The notes: generated by a model not told the origin, from the sequence alone. A stretch of 64,000 bases of DNA from Candidatus Portnoybacteria bacterium RBG_19FT_COMBO_36_7 (GCA_001819495.1 MHMW01000021.1:10706-74705), one strand, 5' to 3'; shown: positions 1 through 10,433, numbered from the stretch's first letter. Numbers and translations: made by a program.

Positions 1-1205
1 CCTGCGACGAAACTAGCATCGCCGTCTTACAAACAAAGGAGGACGGCGATTTTAGTATTCTCTCAAACATCGTTTCCTCGCAGGTTGCCATCCATGCACC
101 TTTTGGAGGAGTGGTACCAACTCTCGCCAAGAGAGAACATCAGAAAAATTTAACTCTCATTTTAAAACAGGGTCTTGCTGAAGCTAAGCTTTTAAAAGTT
201 CAAAGTTCAAAGTTCCCGCCCGCCTCGCAAGCGAGAGCGTTGCGGGCAGGCAAAGTTCAAAGTAACAGTGCAAAATTCAAAGTTTTAAAACAAATTCTTA
301 ATCGAGAAGAAACGCTTTTTAAAAAATTAATGCCGTTCCTTAAAAAGTACGCCAAACCCGATATTGACGTAATTGCTGTTACTGTCGGTCCGGGTCTTGA
401 GCCAGCGCTTTGGGTAGGCGTTAATTCTGCCAAAGCGCTCGCCTGCTTCTGGGATCTGTCGATAATTCCTGTCAATCACGTTGAAGCCCATATTATCGCT
501 AATTGGCTCAAGCCAATTAGCGGAGCTCAAAACTCAAATGCCAGAACTCAAAACTTATTTCCGGCGGATTGCTTAATTGTGAGCGGCGGGCACACACAAT
601 TGGTTCTGATGCGCGATTTTGGAAAATACGAGATTCTGGGCGAAACGCGGGATGACGCGGCAGGAGAGGCATTTGATAAACTGGCTAAAATGTTAAATAT
701 TGGATATCCAGGTGGTCCTATAGTTTCAAAACTCTCAGCCCAAGCCAAGAAACAAAAGCTTGCCCCGAGCGTAGTCGAGGGGTTAAAAGTTAAATTACCG
801 AGGCCGATGATAAATTCAAAAGACTATGATTTTTCTTTTTCTGGTCTTAAAACAGCCGCTCTTTATTTTGTCAAAACGCTGAATAAAAAAACACTTAAAA
901 AATTAACTCCAGCAATTTGTGCTGAATTCCAGCAAGCTGCAATAGACGTCCTGGTTTCCAAAACCATCCGCGCGGCCAAAGAATATAATGTAAAATCTGT
1001 CTTGCTCTCCGGCGGCGTCGCGGCCAATGACCTCTTACGCACGTCACTAGAAAAAGAATTCAAACGATTTGGCTTAGTTTTTTCCGTTCCGCCCAAAAAA
1101 TTCTGCACCGATAACGCCGCTATGATAGCGCTGACAGCGGCTAAAAAAACAAAAAAATATAATTGGCAGGAAATCACAACTGAGGCAAATTTGCGAATAG
1201 CTTAA
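1..1205 (+). CDS. tsaD: tRNA threonylcarbamoyltransferase TsaD (5'-truncated by window edge)
   Basis: Frame open from position 3 (CDETSIAV...HAPFGGVVP); motifs GPGL, NHVEAH, VSGGHT, DDAAGEAFDK, FSFSGLKT, GGVAAN, CTDNAAMI. Confidence 0.97.
   Translation, partial: CDETSIAVLQTKEDGDFSILSNIVSSQVAIHAPFGGVVPTLAKREHQKNLTLILKQGLAEAKLLKVQSSKFPPASQARALRAGKVQSNSAKFKVLKQILNREETLFKKLMPFLKKYAKPDIDVIAVTVGPGLEPALWVGVNSAKALACFWDLSIIPVNHVEAHIIANWLKPISGAQNSNARTQNLFPADCLIVSGGHTQLVLMRDFGKYEILGETRDDAAGEAFDKLAKMLNIGYPGGPIVSKLSAQAKKQKLAPSVVEGLKVKLPRPMINSKDYDFSFSGLKTAALYFVKTLNKKTLKKLTPAICAEFQQAAIDVLVSKTIRAAKEYNVKSVLLSGGVAANDLLRTSLEKEFKRFGLVFSVPPKKFCTDNAAMIALTAAKKTKKYNWQEITTEANLRIA
194..290. repeat. In-frame repeat insertion in tsaD: CAAAGTT heptamer array around a GC-rich palindrome
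   Basis: aaagttcaaagttcaaagtt-cccgcccgcctcgcaagcgagagcgttgcgggcagg-caaagttcaaagt; encodes KVQSSKFPPASQARALRAGKVQS. Confidence 0.8.
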
Positions 1206-1220
1206 TAAAGCTGTTATAAT
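1191..1220 (+). promoter_or_regulatory. Sigma70-like promoter of valS (probably leaderless mRNA)
   Basis: TTGCGA-18nt-TATAAT with TGn extension; ATG 6 nt downstream, no SD. Confidence 0.55.
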
Positions 1221-1226
1221 CAAGCT

Positions 1227-3401
1227 ATGGAAAATAACGGAAATAAAGCTTATAATCCCCGCGAAATCGAGCCTGAAATCTACAAATTATGGGAATATTC
1301 GGGTTATTTTAATCCCGACAATTTACCTGTTTCAAAAATTAAAAATTCAAAAATTAAAAATTTTTGCATTATAATGCCCCCTCCCAATGCCAACGAAGCC
1401 CTGCATATGGGCCACGCACTTGATTTTACTATCCAGGACGCGCTTATCCGTTTTAACCGAATGCAGGACAAAAAAACACTCTGGCTGCCTGGTGCCGACC
1501 ATGCCGGCTTTGAAACCCAGGTTGTTTTTGAGAAAAAACTTGAGAAAGAAGGTAAAAGCAGGTTCCAGTTTGAACGTAGCACTCTCTATAAAATGATCTG
1601 GGATTATGTCCAGCAGAACAAGCATATTATGGAAGAGCAGGCCAGGAGCTTAGGTGCTTCCTGCGACTGGTCAAGAGAAAAATTTACTCTTGACCCAAAA
1701 ATAGTGGAGATTGTCTATGATACTTTTAAAAAACTTTACGACGATAAACTTATCTATCGGGGCAAAAGAATAATCAATTGGTGCCCAAAACATCAGACTG
1801 GCTTGTCCGACCTGGAAGTCAAATACGAAGAACGGGAAGATAAGCTCTGGTATTTTAAATACCCCCTCTCCTCGGGTGAAGGATTTATAGTCGTGGCGAC
1901 GACCCGCCCCGAAACTATGCTTGGCGACACGGCTGTAGCTGTTAATCCGAAAGATAACCGCTACAAAAAATTGATCGACCAAAAAGTTAAACTGCCTCTG
2001 ACAAATAGAGAAATTCCGATCATTACCGACAGTGCGGTTGAGCTGGAATTTGGCACCGGCGCGGTCAAGGTAACGCCTGCGCATGATCCGGTTGACTTTG
2101 ATATCGCGGATAGACACAAACTGGAGTTCATCGAGGTCATCGGCAAAGACGGAAAAATGACCAACGAGGTGCCAGAAGCCTATCAAGGATTAAAGGTTGA
2201 TGATGCCCGCGCCAAGGTAGTGGTAGATCTAAACGCACTGGGCCTGATGGAAAAAGAAGAACCTTATAAACATTCTGTCGGCGCCTGCTATAAATGCGGC
2301 CGGACAATCGAGCCCTTAGCAATGGAGCAATGGTTCGTCAAAATAAAACCGCTGGCCGAAAAAGCAATTGAAGCGGTCAAAAAAGGCAAGACAAGGTTCG
2401 TCACAAAAAAGTACGAAAAGACATTTATGCACTGGATGAGGAATATCAAAGATTGGAATATTTCCCGCCAAATAGTCTGGGGCATCCGCATCCCGGCTTG
2501 GTATAAAAATGACCAGATTCATATCGGCAAAGAGCCCCCAAAAGAAGATGGCTGGGTTCAAGATACCGATGTTTTTGACACTTGGTTCTCTTCGGGCCAG
2601 TGGCCCTTCGTCACTTTGATGACCAGCGGCCAAAATGACTTAAAAGAATTTTATCCAACATCAGTAATGGTCACTGCCTGGGATATTTTATTTTTCTGGG
2701 TGGCACGCATGATAATGATGGGAATTTATTGCACAGGTAAAGAACCATTCAAACAAGTTTACATTCACGGACTCCTCAAAGACAAATACGGCAAAAAAAT
2801 GAGCAAATCAAAAGGCAATGTTATCAATCCTCTGGCAGTAGTAGAGCAGCGCGGAGCAGACGCCTTGCGCATGTCTCTCCTGTTTGGTTCTGAAGCTGAC
2901 AGTGATACTCCAATTTCTGAAGAAAAAATTATCGCCCAGCAGAGGTTTGCCAATAAGATCTGGAATGCTTCAAAGTTCGTGATGAATGCACTCGGGCCAG
3001 ACTACAAGCCAACCAAACCCGCCCGAGGCGCCCAGTCCGCCGACGGGTGGAGGTCCGCCATGGATGGATACACCAAAGAAGACAAATGGATATTGAAAGA
3101 ACTTGAAAAAGCGACTAAAAAGATCACGACAGATATCGAAAAATATAAATTCCACGAAGCGGCACAGGAAGCATATCACTTCTTCTGGCACAAGTTTTGC
3201 GACAAAACTATAGAAGATGTTAAAATAAGGATACAGAAAAATTCCAAAGACGCTGACGCTGGCAAACTCGTGGTTTGGACTGTTTTATATAATTCCCTGA
3301 AGCTTCTCCATCCTTTTATGCCCTTTGTCACTGAAGCTATCTATCAGAAGCTCCCCTCCCGGCCAAAAGAACTCTTGATGATTGAAAAATGGCCAAAATA
3401 A
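1227..3401 (+). CDS. valS: Valine--tRNA ligase (short form without C-terminal coiled coil)
   Basis: PPPN, HMGH, DHAG, TTRPET, GTGAVKVTPAHD, DWNISRQ, DTWFSS, KMSKS. Confidence 0.97.
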   Translation: MENNGNKAYNPREIEPEIYKLWEYSGYFNPDNLPVSKIKNSKIKNFCIIMPPPNANEALHMGHALDFTIQDALIRFNRMQDKKTLWLPGADHAGFETQVVFEKKLEKEGKSRFQFERSTLYKMIWDYVQQNKHIMEEQARSLGASCDWSREKFTLDPKIVEIVYDTFKKLYDDKLIYRGKRIINWCPKHQTGLSDLEVKYEEREDKLWYFKYPLSSGEGFIVVATTRPETMLGDTAVAVNPKDNRYKKLIDQKVKLPLTNREIPIITDSAVELEFGTGAVKVTPAHDPVDFDIADRHKLEFIEVIGKDGKMTNEVPEAYQGLKVDDARAKVVVDLNALGLMEKEEPYKHSVGACYKCGRTIEPLAMEQWFVKIKPLAEKAIEAVKKGKTRFVTKKYEKTFMHWMRNIKDWNISRQIVWGIRIPAWYKNDQIHIGKEPPKEDGWVQDTDVFDTWFSSGQWPFVTLMTSGQNDLKEFYPTSVMVTAWDILFFWVARMIMMGIYCTGKEPFKQVYIHGLLKDKYGKKMSKSKGNVINPLAVVEQRGADALRMSLLFGSEADSDTPISEEKIIAQQRFANKIWNASKFVMNALGPDYKPTKPARGAQSADGWRSAMDGYTKEDKWILKELEKATKKITTDIEKYKFHEAAQEAYHFFWHKFCDKTIEDVKIRIQKNSKDADAGKLVVWTVLYNSLKLLHPFMPFVTEAIYQKLPSRPKELLMIEKWPK

Positions 3402-3512
3402 TTCCCAATTACCAATAACCAATTCCCAATAAAATTTCTAATGTCCAAATGTCCAAAAATGCCCCACAAGGCGGGGCATGGATTGGAAATTGGAAATTGG
3501 AAATTGGAAATT
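3402..3512. repeat. Inverted heptamer array (CCAAT-type / ATTGGAA) around a GC hairpin
   Basis: ttcccaattaccaataaccaattcccaat...atgccccacaaggcggggcat...(attggaa)x4. Confidence 0.8.
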
Positions 3513-3516
3513 TTAC

Positions 3517-4296
3517 GTGATTTATCTTCTCTACGCCATTTTCGGCCTCTTGCCCAGCGTTATCTGGCTTCTTTTTTATCTGCGAAAAGACAAACATCCT
3601 GAACCAAACAGAATGGTCGTCAAAATTTTTCTCTGGGGAATGCTGATGGGGCCGCTGGCCATTTTAGCTGAACTTTTCATAAAATGGCTGATGAACCCCG
3701 TAGATCTGGCAAATTTTATTGATATTTTGAGAACGAACGCAAAGGATAGCTATCTTTTTATCGGCATAGTTTTTGTTGCCCCGGTAGTTGAGGAAATCGT
3801 AAAATACGCGGTGGTTCACTTTGCCGTGCTTAAAAATCCTGATTTTGATGAACCGATTGATCTTATGCTCTATATGATTATCGCTGCTCTTGGCTTTGCG
3901 GCTATCGAAAATCTATTGCTTATTTTCCAAACTCCCCTGCCTGCTCTAGATAAAGTTATCACCCTGGCCGCGTTGCGATTCGTCTCGGCCACTTTTTTGC
4001 ATGCGTTAAGCTCCGGGCTTTTGGGATACTGGCTGGCCAAATCCATGCGTGACCCGGCCAAAAAAATCCAGTATCTGGCTCGAGGCTTTGGCCTTGCCAT
4101 TTTTTTCCATGCCAGTTACAATTATCTTACCTGGATCATTTCTGATAACCAGCCCTATGGTTCTGTTATTGCAATAGTTATGACCGTTCTTCTTCTTTCT
4201 TTCATGGCAGTCGCTGCATCTTATAATTTTTCGCTTTTGAAAAAAATGCATTCTGTCTGCAAAATCTGTAAGCCCCGTCCCAGCTTTTGGTCTTAA
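3517..4296 (+). CDS. PrsW-family intramembrane glutamic protease
   Basis: DKHPEP, APVVEEIVK, GFAAIEN, HA...HASYN motifs; GTG 3517 preferred because the upstream ATG lies in the repeat. Confidence 0.9.
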   Translation: MIYLLYAIFGLLPSVIWLLFYLRKDKHPEPNRMVVKIFLWGMLMGPLAILAELFIKWLMNPVDLANFIDILRTNAKDSYLFIGIVFVAPVVEEIVKYAVVHFAVLKNPDFDEPIDLMLYMIIAALGFAAIENLLLIFQTPLPALDKVITLAALRFVSATFLHALSSGLLGYWLAKSMRDPAKKIQYLARGFGLAIFFHASYNYLTWIISDNQPYGSVIAIVMTVLLLSFMAVAASYNFSLLKKMHSVCKICKPRPSFWS

Positions 4297-4403
4297 ACAT
4301 TTCAACACCGTTATCTCTCTTGCGCGCTTTTTCAATAAGAGTTAAAATATAAAAAACATAAACAAATTCATAAGGCGGCACCCTCGCCGTCAATTAAATC
4401 AAT

Positions 4404-4892
4404 ATGGCAAAAAAACCTAATTTTCTTGAAAGATTAACGGGCGCGTCTTCGGACAACGATTCTATTGGGCCGCCAGAAATCAAATCCCGAGACAAACAAA
4501 TTGAAAAGCCAAAGGTCCATGAACCAATTGAGCCCGAAGGCGACGAGTGGCTTCCAGAATCAGAAGGCCAGCTGACCATTGATGTCTATCAGTCCCCTAA
4601 TCATATTATCATCAAATCCACCATTGCCGGAGTAAAGCCCGAAGATCTGGATATTACAATAACCAACGATATGGTTACGATCCGGGGCAAACGCGAGAAG
4701 GACGAAGAAATTCAGACTGACGATTATTACTATCAGGAATGTTACTGGGGCTCTTTTTCCCGGTCGGTCATTCTGCCCGTTGACGTTGAAGCAGATGCCG
4801 CCGAGGCCAGCCTTAAAAACGGAATTCTTACAATCAAACTGCCCAAGATTGAAAAAATAAAGACGAAAAAGATCAAAATCGCTACCGATTAA
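4404..4892 (+). CDS. Hsp20/alpha-crystallin small heat shock protein
   Basis: IDVYQ, AGVKPEDLDI, ECYWGSFSRSVILP, LKNGILTIKLPK. Confidence 0.95.
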   Translation: MAKKPNFLERLTGASSDNDSIGPPEIKSRDKQIEKPKVHEPIEPEGDEWLPESEGQLTIDVYQSPNHIIIKSTIAGVKPEDLDITITNDMVTIRGKREKDEEIQTDDYYYQECYWGSFSRSVILPVDVEADAAEASLKNGILTIKLPKIEKIKTKKIKIATD

Positions 4893-4918
4893 GTCGCCAG
4901 CTGAATTTAAAAACACAA

Positions 4919-4949
4919 AAACAATCCCGCCATGGCGGGATTGTTTTTT
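4919..4949. terminator. Intrinsic terminator after hsp20
   Basis: aaacaatcccgccatggcgggattgtttttt perfect hairpin plus T run. Confidence 0.75.
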
Positions 4950-4982
4950 CACCACCAATAAGCTTATAATATAAAATAGACA

Positions 4983-6659
4983 ATGCCACAAAAAATGAAA
5001 AAATTAATATTTTTTATAATCGCCCTTGCGGCCGGCTTATTTTTCTTTTTTTTATATATCGGGTCTATCAACCACAACAAAGTTTCTTACGGGGTGAGCG
5101 TCGCCGGAACAAATATTTCCGGCTCAAACTATGAAACTGCTAAAAATAAAATAAAGGATCTGGCAGATCAGAAAGAAAAACAGACGATAGAAATAAAATA
5201 TGAAGATAAAAAATGGCTGGTTTTGCCCCAAATTTTGGGAATAAGCATAGAAGAGAAAATGACAGCCGAAACAGTCTATTTGGTTGGACACGGAAAAAAT
5301 ATTTTTATCGCCTTGGTCCAACAGATCGATTCCTTTATCAGGGGCAGAAATATCGGATTCATTTTTTCATTGGACGATAAAAAATTCAGTAATTTTATTC
5401 AGGAAAACTTATCAGAGTCTGAGAAACCCGCTATAAACGCGACTTTAAAATACGATAAAGGCACAGACGATTTTTTGCTTGTCAGAGCGCAGGAAGGTCA
5501 AGTTTTTGATAGAGACAACTTCAAAGAACAGCTCGATGAATATTTGTCTTCTGCCGACCCTAAACCAATAGAACTTAAAAAAATTACTGACAATCCTGTT
5601 CTAACAGAAGATAAAAACAACACGGCCAGAAATAAAGCGAAATCTTTGATCAGCTTAGCTCCTTATCTTTTGAAAAATAGCGGCCAAAACTGGCAGATAG
5701 ACAAACAAATCATATTAGACTGGCTAGATTTTATTCCTTCGATCAATCAAAGCGGAACAATGACCGCCGTTATTTCCGAAACTGACATAAAAGACTTTTT
5801 GTCTCAGCTCGCTCCAAGCATAAATAAACAGCCCATTAACGCAAAACTGATGGCCCAAGACGGTAAAATTGTTGCCTTTGATCTTTCTCAACAGGGTCTG
5901 GAACTGCAAATAGACGAAAGTGCTAAAAAAATTAGCGAACAAATTGAAACAGGACAAAAAGAAATTTATTTGGTTGTACTTATCGTTGAGCCGGAGATTT
6001 CTGCTCAGACAATTGATACTCTTGGCTTAAACAGTCTTTTGGGCATTGGCAGCTCTTCATATGCAGGCTCTCCCAGTAACAGAATCCATAACATTTCCGT
6101 TGGCTCAGCCAAATTGAATGGCATTTTAGTCAAACCTGGCCAGGAATTTTCTTTTGTTGAAAATATCGGTGAAATTGAAGCTGAACAAGGTTATTTGCCT
6201 GAGCTTGTCATCAAAAATAACAAAACTATTCCTGAATACGGGGGCGGCCTATGCCAAATTTCAACCACTCTTTTCCGGGCGGCGGTTAACGCCGGCTTAA
6301 AAATAACAGAACGCTTTCCCCACGCTTTTCCTGTTAAATACTACAATCCTCAGGGTTTTGACGCAACGATCTATCCACCGCATCCTGACCTGCGTTTTTT
6401 GAATGATACGCCAAACAATATTTTACTCCAGCCAAAAATCAGAGGCACCCAAATTACATTTGAAATTTACGGTACGAAAGATGGCCGCCAAGTCAAAGTA
6501 ATTGGTCCGGCCATTTTAGAATCAAATACAGACGGTTCGATGAAAACGGTGCTTTATCAGGAAGTCTGGCGAGAGGGCATTATGGAAAGAAGAGATACTT
6601 TCCGTTCAAACTATCGATCTCCGGCCCTTTATCCGGTCCAGCGCAATCCGCTGGAATAA
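4983..6659 (+). CDS. VanW-family protein with N-terminal anchor and peptidoglycan-binding repeats
   Basis: NRIHNI, PGQEFSF, GGGLCQISTTLFRAA, DATIY, DLRFLNDT. Confidence 0.9.
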   Translation: MPQKMKKLIFFIIALAAGLFFFFLYIGSINHNKVSYGVSVAGTNISGSNYETAKNKIKDLADQKEKQTIEIKYEDKKWLVLPQILGISIEEKMTAETVYLVGHGKNIFIALVQQIDSFIRGRNIGFIFSLDDKKFSNFIQENLSESEKPAINATLKYDKGTDDFLLVRAQEGQVFDRDNFKEQLDEYLSSADPKPIELKKITDNPVLTEDKNNTARNKAKSLISLAPYLLKNSGQNWQIDKQIILDWLDFIPSINQSGTMTAVISETDIKDFLSQLAPSINKQPINAKLMAQDGKIVAFDLSQQGLELQIDESAKKISEQIETGQKEIYLVVLIVEPEISAQTIDTLGLNSLLGIGSSSYAGSPSNRIHNISVGSAKLNGILVKPGQEFSFVENIGEIEAEQGYLPELVIKNNKTIPEYGGGLCQISTTLFRAAVNAGLKITERFPHAFPVKYYNPQGFDATIYPPHPDLRFLNDTPNNILLQPKIRGTQITFEIYGTKDGRQVKVIGPAILESNTDGSMKTVLYQEVWREGIMERRDTFRSNYRSPALYPVQRNPLE

Positions 6660-6682
6660 AAAAGTGTTGAAGGAGAGATTTG

Positions 6683-6721
6683 CCCCAGTACCAGATCCCG
6701 CTTTGCGGGAACGGTACGGGG
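6683..6721. repeat. REP-like palindrome (CCCCAGTACC...GGTACGGGG)
   Basis: Same family as 48829-48859, in the opposite orientation. Confidence 0.65.
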
Positions 6722-6740
6722 TAAAAACTCTCAAAAACAG

Positions 6741-6823
6741 TGTCCTCGGTGGGAGTTGAACCCACAACCCTTTCGGGATACGGTCCTAAGCCGTACGCGT
6801 ATGCCAAATTCCGCCACGAGGAC
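6741..6823 (-). tRNA. tRNA-Leu(TAG)
   Basis: GTCCTCG acceptor, TACGG-CT-TAG-GA-CCGTA anticodon arm, long variable arm, GGTTCAACTCC. Confidence 0.95.
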
Positions 6824-6886
6824 AAAAATGCCAATCCCTGCCTGCCGGCAGACAGACGCCACTCAGACATATTCAAATTTTACGCC

Positions 6887-8332
6887 ATGGATAATCTAAA
6901 ATCAATCTTTCAAGAAAAGAACAGAGCCCTGATTTTTGCCGTTATAGGCCTTTTTTTGATATTTTTTATCGCTTTGCAGGCCCCGACTGATCCTGATTTT
7001 GGCTGGCATTTGCACAATGGGAGCGAAATAATAAAAAATCGCGCCATCGCTCATTTTGACCAGGATTCGTTTACCATGAACGATTATCCATGGATCTGCT
7101 TCTCATGGATATCCGATATATTCATAGTGTTATTACAAAAATTGTTCGGGCTTTTCGGACTATCAATGTTTTTTTCGATAATAGCGGGAACGGCTTTTTT
7201 CTTGGCAGCCCGAGCTTTTAAATCGGAAGTTGTCTATCAGGTAATAATAGCGATGTTTGGCACAATCTTGAGCGTTTCAACTTTGGGCGTAAGAGATCAA
7301 ATGTGGGGTATTCTTGGTTTAGCTGTGCTGATATACATTCTAATTCGGTGGCGCGACAACCCTCAAAACAAAATAATCTGGTATCTTCCTTTATTATTCG
7401 CGGTCTGGACTAATCTGCACGCTGGCATTATTGTGGGAATAGGTACTATGTTATTGTTTTTTTTAATAGAATCCTGGAAGAAAAAAACTGTGTCGAAAAA
7501 TTTGATCCTGGTCTTTTTTTTGTCAATCCTGGCCACCTTCGTTAACCCTTACGGCCCGCGGATGTATCAAGAAACATGGATGACGCTGATAGATTTTTCC
7601 GGCCGTTTTCAATTGATAGAATGGCGGCCTTTATTTTTTGCCGGCCGGGATATCCTTCTGCCGGCTTTTATTTATGCTGCCTGTCTGCTGGTCGCACAGT
7701 TTTACATCAAAAAGCGTGATCTGACATTAATAATTATATCTGCCTTGTTTTTTGCTTTCGCGTTGGCTGCCTGGCGGAATCTGCCGCTTTTTTTTATTGT
7801 CAGTTCACCCCTAGCCGTTATGACGCTCAAAGACCTTATTGGCAAAAATCTATTAGATTTGATAAAAATGCCGGCAATTTTATTGACATTTTTTATCCTG
7901 ACATTCTATATTGGCTGGCAAGATATAAAATCAGTCTGGGCGATAGACACCGATCAGAAGCTCTTAGCCCAAGAAGCTGATTTCCCCTATTATGCCGTAG
8001 CATTTATTCGCGATAAAATGCCTAAAGCTGAAAGCTACCGACTTTTTAATGAGTATAACTGGGGCGGCTATATCCTTTGGCAAATACCGGATCAAAAAGT
8101 CTTTATTGACGGGAAAATGCCCCATTGGAAATTGCCCGACAGAAATATTTTTGCTGATTATTTAACTTTTCAGCAAGCACAAAATTTAAGCGATTTGGCT
8201 TTGTTGATTAAAAAATACGATTTAAATTTTGCTTTGATTCGCCGCAATTCTCCTATTGTCTTTAAGCTTTCCTTTTTTGGCTGGCATAATATCTATGAGG
8301 ACGATATGGCTATAATCCTAAAAAGGCCGTAG
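6887..8332 (+). CDS. Polytopic membrane protein, GT-C glycosyltransferase-like
   Basis: DPDFGWHL, WTNLHAG, NPYG, FNEYNWGGY, VFIDG motifs; many TM segments; ATG 6887 chosen to avoid the tRNA. Confidence 0.7.
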   Translation: MDNLKSIFQEKNRALIFAVIGLFLIFFIALQAPTDPDFGWHLHNGSEIIKNRAIAHFDQDSFTMNDYPWICFSWISDIFIVLLQKLFGLFGLSMFFSIIAGTAFFLAARAFKSEVVYQVIIAMFGTILSVSTLGVRDQMWGILGLAVLIYILIRWRDNPQNKIIWYLPLLFAVWTNLHAGIIVGIGTMLLFFLIESWKKKTVSKNLILVFFLSILATFVNPYGPRMYQETWMTLIDFSGRFQLIEWRPLFFAGRDILLPAFIYAACLLVAQFYIKKRDLTLIIISALFFAFALAAWRNLPLFFIVSSPLAVMTLKDLIGKNLLDLIKMPAILLTFFILTFYIGWQDIKSVWAIDTDQKLLAQEADFPYYAVAFIRDKMPKAESYRLFNEYNWGGYILWQIPDQKVFIDGKMPHWKLPDRNIFADYLTFQQAQNLSDLALLIKKYDLNFALIRRNSPIVFKLSFFGWHNIYEDDMAIILKRP

Positions 8333-8367
8333 ATTGCCAATTTATCAGAAAATTAAATTTAATTTAA

Positions 8368-9087
8368 CTAATCTCTGTAAAAAATTTTCATCAGCGTCCA
8401 TAATGCCTTAACTGAAACAGAAACCATTTTCACGCTACTTTTACGCTCGTTATATCTTTGTTCAATCCATTGCATAGGCACCTCTTTGATGCGCAAACCC
8501 GCTCTTTTTGTTTGTGTCAGAAGCTCGCCATCAATAAAAAAGCCATTCTCCCTGCATCGCTCAATCATGATATCGGAGGCTTTTTTATTCATCGCTTTAA
8601 TGCCGCTTAAAGCATCTCTTACTTTCAGACCAAAAAAAATGTAAAGTATCTTAGCCAGACATATCGTTAATAGACGCCTGTGCCAAGGCCTTCTGCCCCC
8701 TATTCTTTTCCCGACTATCAAATCTGCTTCTCCATCTTCAAGCGGATTAAAAAAATTGATAATTCCCTCTGGCGGCAAAGGAATGTCAGAATCAACATAA
8801 AGATAAAATTTTGAGTTGATTTTTTTTATCGTTTCTCTTAAAGCATTGCCTTTTCCGGCCTGCGGGACATAGAAATAAGAAATCCTGCCGTTGCTTCTCT
8901 GGGCTATTTCTCGGCCAATTGTTTCGGTGGCGTCAGAAGAACAATTATCGGCTAAAATGATCCGCCAGGATTTTTTATCCCAACTGTCAAATACACCCAG
9001 CAACAAATCGACCGAATTTCGTAAAATTTTGGCATCGTTATAAAGCGGGATTATAATAACGTAGTCAATTGGACCGATTTTATCCAT
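8368..9087 (-). CDS. Glycosyltransferase family 2 (dolichyl-phosphate-sugar synthase-like)
   Basis: IIIPLYN, ADNCSSDAT, GKGNA, YVDSD (DXD), DALSGIK. Confidence 0.9.
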   Translation of the reverse strand: MDKIGPIDYVIIIPLYNDAKILRNSVDLLLGVFDSWDKKSWRIILADNCSSDATETIGREIAQRSNGRISYFYVPQAGKGNALRETIKKINSKFYLYVDSDIPLPPEGIINFFNPLEDGEADLIVGKRIGGRRPWHRRLLTICLAKILYIFFGLKVRDALSGIKAMNKKASDIMIERCRENGFFIDGELLTQTKRAGLRIKEVPMQWIEQRYNERKSSVKMVSVSVKALWTLMKIFYRD

Positions 9088-9162
9088 AATTTAATACTTT
9101 TAGCATAATTGTTTATCTTTATTTAAGCAAGCGTCTTTTCGCTTCAAAATCTTGTTCGCCAT

Positions 9163-9195
9163 AATAAAAACCCGACTTTTTGTCGGGTTTTTATT
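9163..9195. terminator. Terminator downstream of 16S
   Basis: aataaaaacccgac-ttttt-gtcgggtttttatt. Confidence 0.7.
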
Positions 9196-9662
9196 ATAAT
9201 CTCTTTAAGCTGTCTCGGAGAGGGCTTTTTGGTTTACCTTTGTTAAATCCCGCAAAGCGGGAGCTGCAAAGCAGCTATTTAACAGGGTGACTACTCTCGT
9301 CAACCGACATTTTAGGTCTTGCCTGACCCACTCCGACCCAAGGTCGGAGCAATCGACACTACTTCCTCTTATATTAAAAAATATAAGAAAGGAGGTGATC
9401 CATCCACAGCTTCCGCTACGGATGCCTTGTTACGACTTCGTCCCTGTCACCGAGCCTACCTTGAAACCAATAAATTGGCGCTTCCGGTATTCCCGGCTTC
9501 CTTGACGTGACGGGCGGTGAGTACAAGACTTGAGAACGTATTCACCGCGCCATGGCTGATGCGCGATTACTAGCGATTCCGGCTTCATGAGGTCGGGTTG
9601 CAGACCTCAATCCGAACTGGGACCGGCTTTGATGGGATTAGCTCCATGTTACCATTTCGCTT

Positions 9663-9693
<31 letters not shown>

Positions 9694-10332
9694 AGCCCAG
9701 GTCATCAAAGGATCACGCTGATTTGACGTCATCCCCGCCTTCCTCCCCATTGTCTGAGGCAGTCTGCTGCGACACTTGTAACGCAGCATAAGGGTTGCGC
9801 TCGTTTCCTCACTTAAGAGAACAGCTCACGCCACGAGCTGACGACAACCGTGCAATACCTGACCCATCTGTCCTTGTGAGACATCGGCTGTTTCCAGCAG
9901 ACTTCAGATGGATGTCTAGACCTGGTAAGGTTCCTCGCTTGTCGTCGAATTGAACCACATGCTCCACCGCTTGTGCAAGTCCCCGTCTATTTCTTTGAGT
10001 TTTAGCCTTGCGGCCGTACTTCCCAGGCGGCAAACTTAACGCGTTAGCTTCGCCACCTGAAGGGTCGATACTTCAAATGGCTAGTTTGCATAGTTTAGGG
10101 CGTGGACTACAAGGGTATCTAATCCTTTTTGCTCCCCACGCTTTCGTCTCTCAGGGTCAGAGTAGCGCTAGCTGAATGCCTTCGCTTTTGGTGTTCCCTA
10201 CGATATCAACGGATTTCACCCCTACACCGTAGGTTCCATCAGCCTCTCGCACTCTCTAGTTTTGACGTTTCTTGCGCGGCGTTGGAGTTGAGCCCCAACA
10301 TTTAACACAAGACTATCAAAACCCCCTACAGA

Positions 10333-10363
<31 letters not shown>

Positions 10364-10433
10364 TGGGGTACTCGTCTTACCGCTCCTGCTGGCACGAGTT
10401 TAGGAACCCCTTATTCTTAGGGTACGCTCATTA

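Noticed and set aside
1227-3401. valS as a truncated pseudogene
   Set aside because: All catalytic motifs are intact; only the C-terminal coiled coil is missing, a plausible streamlined form
6740-6886. N-terminal extension of the 530-aa ORF
   Set aside because: Antisense to tRNA-Leu and a palindrome; ATG 6887 is the plausible start
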